Shown: positions 58,887-64,000 of the stretch, one piece after another | Numbering within the stretch: position 1 is the first letter of the stretch | How the letters are laid out: the number at the start of each line of letters is the position of its first letter | Sequence record: MN101225.1 | Source: Klebsiella phage KMI11 | Direction: 5' to 3' (one strand) | DNA: 64,000 nucleotides | Notes under the pieces: model-generated | Told to the model about the DNA's origin: nothing | The model's database searches: none | What the model saw: the letters and a program-made list of their open reading frames with translations, nothing else | Position numbers and translations under genes: made by a program

Positions 58887-59270
58887 ATGTCTAGAACAAT
58901 TCGCCGTAAAGGCTGGCATGTAGTAAAATCTTCCAAATGGAACGATCAGAATAATAACGAATTTGCTTATATTAAAAGCTATAACGAATACGTTAAAACT
59001 CAGAAAGATAAAGAAACCCAACAGAAATATGTTGAACTGCGTATTTCTGAAAATCGGGAAAGACCGCTAGAGGCCAAGAAACTGATTGCTAAATCAAAGC
59101 GCGATGGATTCTGGAAAACTCTACGTTGGACCCGTTATGCTATGCCGATCCCACGTCTATTTCATAAAGCCGAAATTAAACGCGCATTGAAGTATGACGA
59201 AGAATATAACTGGGACGAAGCTGGTGCTAGAACTATTGAGCAAGGCATCTGCGAATGGCTTTGGGATTAA
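58887..59270 (+). CDS. hypothetical basic protein
   Basis: 127-aa ORF, GCGAGGTAATAATG RBS. Confidence 0.5.
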   Translation: MSRTIRRKGWHVVKSSKWNDQNNNEFAYIKSYNEYVKTQKDKETQQKYVELRISENRERPLEAKKLIAKSKRDGFWKTLRWTRYAMPIPRLFHKAEIKRALKYDEEYNWDEAGARTIEQGICEWLWD

Positions 59271-59284
59271 GTAACACATACTTA

Positions 59285-59292
59285 TATAAATA
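59285..59292 (+). promoter_or_regulatory. late promoter TATAAATA
   Basis: exact TATAAATA 19 nt upstream of ORF 59311. Confidence 0.5.
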
Positions 59293-59310
59293 CTATTACT
59301 AACTGATGAG

Positions 59311-59529
59311 GTGTATATGCAGCATTTAAGTGAAAAGCAACTTCGTAATCTTACTGTAGAACAACTGGACGAACTTCGTCGTGAGATTGGGCATGGTATT
59401 TCGCACCTTCAGGAAGAAATTCGTCAGCACAGTTCAAAAGCAGATTATACCCGTAAACGTAAGCTGGAAAAATACCTCAAAGAAGTTAAGGCTGTACTTC
59501 AGCACAAACGTAATACTGGACAAAAATAA
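59311..59529 (+). CDS. hypothetical protein
   Basis: 72-aa helical basic ORF. Confidence 0.45.
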   Translation: MYMQHLSEKQLRNLTVEQLDELRREIGHGISHLQEEIRQHSSKADYTRKRKLEKYLKEVKAVLQHKRNTGQK

Positions 59530-59540
59530 TAGGAGGCCGT

Positions 59541-59828
59541 ATGGCCTTTAAACCAATTTGCTTAGCCCTAGTGTTGGGCTGCGGGATTTCATTCCCAGCT
59601 GCATCACACGACGACATTTCGGATTATAACTCGTATGTTGAGGGAGCTCTACAAGTTTATGCTAAATTTAAGGAGCCTAGTAAGCAAGAGTCTGAACAGT
59701 TCTATTCTTTCATACAAAGTAAATGGAAGAGTGAGTCTTGTTCTAAAGATTGTGATTCTTTAGGACGTTCAGCAGGTGAAGAATATGCTAACCGCATGAG
59801 GATACAACTCGATAATGAAGTTCAATGA
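59541..59828 (+). CDS. secreted small protein
   Basis: 95 aa; signal peptide MAFKPICLALVLGCGISFPAAS; AGGAGG RBS. Confidence 0.5.
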   Translation: MAFKPICLALVLGCGISFPAASHDDISDYNSYVEGALQVYAKFKEPSKQESEQFYSFIQSKWKSESCSKDCDSLGRSAGEEYANRMRIQLDNEVQ

Positions 59829-60201
59829 TTTTGTAAAGGACGGTAAACTTACTCCACAAGATGAATTCATCGGTTTACTTATGGCGTCTCAGGCGTATTT
59901 TCATTCAGCGCATTTTGATACCAAATCGTATGCCAGACATAAAGCGTATGAAGTTTTCTTTAACGAGATTCCAGATTTGATAGATGCTTTTGGTGAGCAG
60001 TGGTTAGGATTCTCAGGTAAGAGTTATACACCGGCTTTACCATCACAGAAAGAGCTGCCAAAGGACACCATTGAAATGCTAGACCTCATTCTGGCTAAGG
60101 CCGATGGTATCTACAAGTCAGTTCCTGCCGCCCTCCAAAGTGTTCTGGATGACATTACAGGTCTATGCTACAAGACTAAGTATTTGTTATCATTGCAGTA
60201 A
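59815..60201 (+). CDS. hypothetical protein
   Basis: 128-aa ORF. Confidence 0.45.
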   Translation: MKFNDFVKDGKLTPQDEFIGLLMASQAYFHSAHFDTKSYARHKAYEVFFNEIPDLIDAFGEQWLGFSGKSYTPALPSQKELPKDTIEMLDLILAKADGIYKSVPAALQSVLDDITGLCYKTKYLLSLQ

Positions 60202-60209
60202 TACCCTCC

Positions 60210-60235
60210 GCCTCCTTCGGGAGGCATTTTCTTTT
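60210..60235 (+). terminator. rho-independent terminator GCCUCC-UUCG-GGAGGC-AUUUUCUUUU
   Basis: 6-bp stem, UUCG loop, T-rich tail; directly followed by an early-promoter cassette. Confidence 0.7.
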
Positions 60236-60240
60236 CAAAA

Positions 60241-60280
60241 AGTTGTTTACTTCCCTTCATTACATGATACTATAGACATA
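60241..60280 (+). promoter_or_regulatory. early promoter cassette AAAGTTGTTTAC-N17-TACTAT (third exact AAAGTTGTTTAC copy)
   Basis: GTTTAC 60245-50, TACTAT 60268-73. Confidence 0.6.
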
Positions 60281-60305
60281 TCAACAACCAAACGAGAAAA
60301 ACATT

Positions 60306-60794
60306 ATGATTAAGTTAACTACCGAGCTTCAACCTGGAAAAATCTTTTATCACGTGTGTGGTGTTAATCGCACAGAAACTAAAAGCGGCGAAATAACGCG
60401 TTACATTGTTGCATCAGGCACGTATGATGTTGAACTTGGTCTTCGTGGTGTGTATTCGCGAAAATCTCCTTTCTTCCAGGTGATTTGCGAATATGAAAAC
60501 TATGCTGGCCAAACTGAAAGCTATTCAACTGAGCGTTCTGCACATGATATGGGCGTATTCAAGCCAGGTGAAAAACGTTCGGTTCATAATCTTAATCGTG
60601 GGTTTTGGACACGTGAAGAAGCTGAACAGTTCATTAAAGAATTGCAAGAAGATAAGTTCAGCGATCCAGATGATCAAGCATATGCAGACAGACTGACCCC
60701 TTCTGAAGATTTCCGCCGTCAACAAGAATTTATGGATTCTTATCTTGACAGTTGTGATTATGATTACTACGACTTTGATGATGGCGAAGAATGA
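60306..60794 (+). CDS. hypothetical protein with acidic C-terminus
   Basis: 162-aa ORF after the promoter; DYDYYDFDDGEE tail. Confidence 0.5.
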   Translation: MIKLTTELQPGKIFYHVCGVNRTETKSGEITRYIVASGTYDVELGLRGVYSRKSPFFQVICEYENYAGQTESYSTERSAHDMGVFKPGEKRSVHNLNRGFWTREEAEQFIKELQEDKFSDPDDQAYADRLTPSEDFRRQQEFMDSYLDSCDYDYYDFDDGEE

Positions 60795-60885
60795 GAAACG
60801 TTTTACTTATCATCTATATTGTGGTACAATACCAGCATCCGATGTTTACATATAATTTGGTGCAAATGATTCTGGAGAGTTTGAA

Positions 60886-61152
60886 ATGAATGGATGGGGT
60901 CCATCAGATGACGGATTTGCAACTCGTGAAGCTACAATAGCTGACGGGATTGAATGGGCCCGTCTTCAGAAACAACTCCAAGAACAGCGGGAATCCGAAG
61001 AGTTCTGTGTTGATTGTGATGAGGAAATCCCAGTAGCTCGTCGTCTGTTGGTTAAAGGCTGTCAACGGTGTGTAGAATGTCAAGGAAAGTGGGATACAGT
61101 AATGACTTCTGCCTATAATCGTCGCGGTTCAAAAGATTCACAATTGAGGTAA
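60886..61152 (+). CDS. DksA/TraR-family C4 zinc-finger protein
   Basis: 88 aa; CVDC-x17-CQRC...C pattern typical of DksA/TraR C4 fingers; acidic N-terminal half. Confidence 0.5.
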   Translation: MNGWGPSDDGFATREATIADGIEWARLQKQLQEQRESEEFCVDCDEEIPVARRLLVKGCQRCVECQGKWDTVMTSAYNRRGSKDSQLR

Positions 61153-61154
61153 TT

Positions 61155-61346
61155 ATGGAAAGTATTCTTGATAGTACCAATTTAGATAATCCGTACAGCG
61201 ATGTGCATGTAAAGGTTGTGAATTCGTATTTCACTAAAAAGTTGAGTCGTATCGTGCTAAAACAAGGCAATGATATAATTCATCTTGACACTAAACAAAT
61301 TGATTCATTAATTCAATTCTTGATAGAGGCAAAAGATGGCGAGTAA
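61155..61346 (+). CDS. hypothetical protein
   Basis: 63-aa ORF coupled to the upstream gene. Confidence 0.4.
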   Translation: MESILDSTNLDNPYSDVHVKVVNSYFTKKLSRIVLKQGNDIIHLDTKQIDSLIQFLIEAKDGE

Positions 61347-61560
61347 ATTAGTATGGGACGGAAAATCCCGTAAAGGCGATGCAGTAATTGAAGATGAAAG
61401 CCCGCATGTTATTGATTTGTATCTTACGGTATTCCACACGTATGAACATAATACTATCATCGAAATTGAACGTGGCGCAGCTTGTGTAGCTATTGATAAA
61501 AGCGACGCTATTGAACTGGTCAAATATCTTACCGCAATGATTCCAACTATGAAGGACTGA
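61336..61560 (+). CDS. hypothetical protein
   Basis: 74-aa ORF. Confidence 0.4.
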   Translation: MASKLVWDGKSRKGDAVIEDESPHVIDLYLTVFHTYEHNTIIEIERGAACVAIDKSDAIELVKYLTAMIPTMKD

Positions 61561-61562
61561 TA

Positions 61563-62063
61563 ATGAATATTAATAAAAACTCTTGGCATTTCAAAATGAA
61601 CCTGTGGTTTAAATCTGACAACATGTGGAAAATGCCAAAAACTCTATGTGGATACTTCTGGACAACAGTACTTCATGTTCTATTCTCTTCAGCGATTATC
61701 ACATTCATCGGTTCTGTTGCATGGATGTTCGGTTGGCCGATTGTGGCAGAGACAGGAATTCTCGCTTGGATAGGTATTAGTTTATCCGCGTTTTGGTTAA
61801 ACGTTGTGGCAGTACCAGTTGGCGCAGTGGTTATAGCAGCATTTGTGCTTTTATTTGCAGCTATAGCGTTTGGATTTATTTTTGGTTTAGAAAAATTTAA
61901 ACACTACCGCAATCAGAAACAGTATACCAAAAAACTGGCTCGAGTAAAAGCGGGTCTTCCGGCAGAAGCCGAACCATCGGTATTTGTCCAGTATTTAAAA
62001 GCCCGTAAGCGGAAAGTCTGCCCAATGATTGATTATGTAGAAGGTAAAACTAGTGAAGAATGA
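61563..62063 (+). CDS. membrane protein (3-4 TM helices)
   Basis: 166 aa; hydrophobic helices (VLHVLFSSAIITFIGSVAWMFGW, ILAWIGISLSAFWLNVVAVPVGAVVIAAFVLLFAAIAFGFIFGL). Confidence 0.5.
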   Translation: MNINKNSWHFKMNLWFKSDNMWKMPKTLCGYFWTTVLHVLFSSAIITFIGSVAWMFGWPIVAETGILAWIGISLSAFWLNVVAVPVGAVVIAAFVLLFAAIAFGFIFGLEKFKHYRNQKQYTKKLARVKAGLPAEAEPSVFVQYLKARKRKVCPMIDYVEGKTSEE

Positions 62064-62274
62064 TCAAGTTTATATCGTGAACGGCCTTCGGGCCGTATTT
62101 CGTGCTAAAACCGAACGTGGTATAATTTCTACATACCCTATTGCCGAATTTACTTTTGATGACGGCGAAAAGGTTACAGTTAAATTTATTCCTTTGACTG
62201 GCAAGTACAGCGGCAAAGATAACATTGATTTAGACATATATTATGAGGGCGGGTCATGGAAATTGAACTCGTAA
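62053..62274 (+). CDS. hypothetical protein
   Basis: 73-aa ORF. Confidence 0.4.
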   Translation: MKNDQVYIVNGLRAVFRAKTERGIISTYPIAEFTFDDGEKVTVKFIPLTGKYSGKDNIDLDIYYEGGSWKLNS

Positions 62275-62678
62275 CTACTAAGAAAAAACTTAGTATGAGC
62301 ATTGTGAAACAGATGCCATTAGCTTCAGCCGAAAACATTAAATTCGCAATGATGGACCCGGAATCACGGGTACTAGGATATATCAATGCATTTCGCTGGA
62401 ACAGACTTGACATTCAGGTGGCAATCATTAGCACAGGAATTGATTGGGCATTAGTTCCTATGTATGAAACAACATTACGCGAAGAAACCTGTCGTGAGCA
62501 GCATCCTGATGGACAAGAGTATCATACTCATGAGGTAGTGTATTATTACACCAGTCAAAAAATTGGTAATGTTTATCGTACATCAAAAAGAACTACAGAT
62601 AAAACTCGAGCAGAAGAAGCCGCCAAGCGTTCTAATGCATTAGTTAAATTCGCTAAAGGGAATCATATTTACTTATGA
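62256..62678 (+). CDS. hypothetical protein
   Basis: 140-aa ORF. Confidence 0.45.
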   Translation: MEIELVTTKKKLSMSIVKQMPLASAENIKFAMMDPESRVLGYINAFRWNRLDIQVAIISTGIDWALVPMYETTLREETCREQHPDGQEYHTHEVVYYYTSQKIGNVYRTSKRTTDKTRAEEAAKRSNALVKFAKGNHIYL

Positions 62679-63685
62679 AAACAATCGTAAAATCTTATTT
62701 TGGTTCACATCTGTATGGTACTTCAACTCCCGAGTCAGATGTGGATTTTAAAGAAATCTTTGTACCTCATCCGCGTGATATTCTGTTGTGTCAAGCGATG
62801 AATCATACTAATCGTAATACTAATAACAGCGCAACCAAAAATACGAAAGACGACGTCGACCATGAGCTGTTCAGCTTAAAGTATTTCTTCAAGCTCGCTG
62901 CTGACGGTGAAACTGTCGCGTTGGATATGCTGCATACTCCACCGGAATTGGTAGTTGCATCTGACCTTCCTGAAGTATGGAAATTCATTCAAGACAACCG
63001 AGCTCGTTTCTATACTACTGACATGAAGGCTTATCTTGGATATGTCCGTAAGCAAGCAGGTAAGTATGGCGTTAAGGGTTCTCGTTTAGCCGATTTACAT
63101 AAAGTCCTGGATGTTATCAGAGATGTTCCTGAATGGAAATATGACGATCGTCCTCAGCAGAAGGGTATCAATGAGCGTTGGAAAGTACAGGATATCGCAG
63201 AGAAACTTCCTCTCGGTGAATTCCTCGAATGGACCACCTTCGTTGACCACAAATCAGGCGAGCAGAAGTTTTATAACGTTCTGGGTCGTAAATTCCAGAC
63301 GACTATCACTATCAAAGAGATGAAGTATTCTCTTGAGAAACTTGATGCTGAATATGGTGAACGTGCTCGTAAGGCAGAAGCTAACGAAGGCGTTGACTGG
63401 AAAGCACTGAGTCATGCTCTTCGTGCAGGTCTGCAGCTTCAGGAAATCTATATGACTGGTGACCTTCAATTCCCTCTGACCCATGCTAAAATGGTCAAGA
63501 TGGTCAAAGCAGGTGAGTTACCGTTCAAAGAAGTACAGGAGCTTCTCGAGTCTGTAGTAGATGAAGTAGAAATTCTAGCTCATACTGCTGAAAAGAACGG
63601 AATGCCTAAGAAAGTAGACATGAAGTTCTGGGACGATTTCGTCGAGAAGGTTTATCTTGAAAACCACAATTCTTACTACAAATGA
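62675..63685 (+). CDS. minimal nucleotidyltransferase (Pol-beta-like NTase fold) protein
   Basis: 336 aa; N-terminal GSHLYGTSTPESDVDF = GS-x9-DxD NTase signature, later acidic DDVDHE; long helical C-terminal domain. Confidence 0.5.
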   Translation: MKTIVKSYFGSHLYGTSTPESDVDFKEIFVPHPRDILLCQAMNHTNRNTNNSATKNTKDDVDHELFSLKYFFKLAADGETVALDMLHTPPELVVASDLPEVWKFIQDNRARFYTTDMKAYLGYVRKQAGKYGVKGSRLADLHKVLDVIRDVPEWKYDDRPQQKGINERWKVQDIAEKLPLGEFLEWTTFVDHKSGEQKFYNVLGRKFQTTITIKEMKYSLEKLDAEYGERARKAEANEGVDWKALSHALRAGLQLQEIYMTGDLQFPLTHAKMVKMVKAGELPFKEVQELLESVVDEVEILAHTAEKNGMPKKVDMKFWDDFVEKVYLENHNSYYK

Positions 63686-63878
63686 TACAATGAAGGTCTT
63701 CTTGAATTACGGAAGACCTCATAAAGGTAGACGATGGTATTTGGAAGCAGTTTGTAGAGAGACTGGTCGTAGAGAGAATGCTAAGTTCTCTGCTCGACCT
63801 ACTCGAAAACAAGTACATCGTTTTATGTCATGGGCCGGAGAAACTCTTCGGTTCTCACTTTACTGGGCTGAAATATGA
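63657..63878 (+). CDS. hypothetical basic protein
   Basis: 73-aa ORF overlapping the NTase 3' end. Confidence 0.35.
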   Translation: MKTTILTTNDTMKVFLNYGRPHKGRRWYLEAVCRETGRRENAKFSARPTRKQVHRFMSWAGETLRFSLYWAEI

Positions 63879-64000
63879 TTTTACTTTGGAGCATAGTAGT
63901 GCCAATCGTTGTTGCAATAATTTACTTTATCGTAGGTTGGTCTGTCTGCAAACATCTAATCAAAAACGGAACTATTGAGAAGGTAGGAGAGTATTGGTTC
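63866..64000 (+). CDS. membrane protein, 5' fragment (runs off the window)
   Basis: MILLWSIVVPIVVAIIYFIVGWSVC hydrophobic N-terminus; no stop before the window end. Confidence 0.35.

Overview
This window is a 64 kb segment of a T4-like (Tevenvirinae) phage genome. It is inverted relative to the usual T4 map, so the late structural genes read on the minus strand. The identifications below rest on recall of T4 protein sequences and on motifs read by eye; no database search was run, and proteins I call T4-like agree with the recalled T4 sequence at a rough majority of positions only.

Gene order, left to right:
- uvsY, a small uvsY.-1-like ORF, uvsW.1 and uvsW (minus), a hoc-adjacent Inh-like ORF, hoc, three small ORFs, rnlB (RNA ligase 2) and a SLOG/DprA-like protein.
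- An uninterrupted late structural block on the minus strand (7.4-37.6 kb): 24, 23, 22, 21, 68, 67, 20, 19, 18, 17, 16, 15, 14, 13, wac, 12, 11, 10, 9, 8, 7, 6, 5.4 (PAAR), 5.1, 5 (hub with lysozyme domain) and 53.
- On the plus strand: 4, 2, 3, 1 (dNMP kinase), 57A and 57B.
- A roughly 23 kb early/accessory region (41-64 kb), which holds:
  - an expanded tRNA cluster of 16 canonical tRNAs plus three tRNA-like stable-RNA candidates, each subcluster preceded by a TATAAATA late-promoter motif;
  - many small ORFs, including a NADAR/YbiA-like protein, a PspA/IM30-like coiled-coil protein, three consecutive small membrane proteins, a Nudix hydrolase (nudE-like), endolysin e, and three internal proteins carrying the MKTY(K/Q)EF(I/L) capsid-targeting leader;
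  - a P-loop ATPase, a GrcA/YfiD-like glycyl-radical spare-part protein whose 3' half has host-like GC-rich codon usage, a signal-peptide trio that includes an SLT-like transglycosylase, a macro-domain protein, thymidine kinase, a DksA/TraR-type zinc finger and a minimal nucleotidyltransferase.

Regulatory architecture is legible directly in the sequence:
- TATAAATA late-promoter motifs sit upstream of 24, 22, 20, 19, 18, 13, 9, the divergent 53/4 pair, both tRNA subclusters and ORF 59311.
- The accessory region has five copies of an early-promoter/stem-loop cassette (consensus AAAGTTGTTTAC-N17/18-TACTAT, with the -10 inside a hairpin), which I interpret as PeSL-type shuffling modules.
- A MotA-box middle-promoter candidate lies at 5.46 kb.
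- Intercistronic hairpins that read C(UUCG)G in the late mRNA recur through the structural block.

No CRISPR array, integrase or homing endonuclease is evident. The most unusual content is the tRNA/ncRNA cluster, the pair of ADP-ribose-processing proteins (NADAR and macro) and the cassette-like internal-protein locus.
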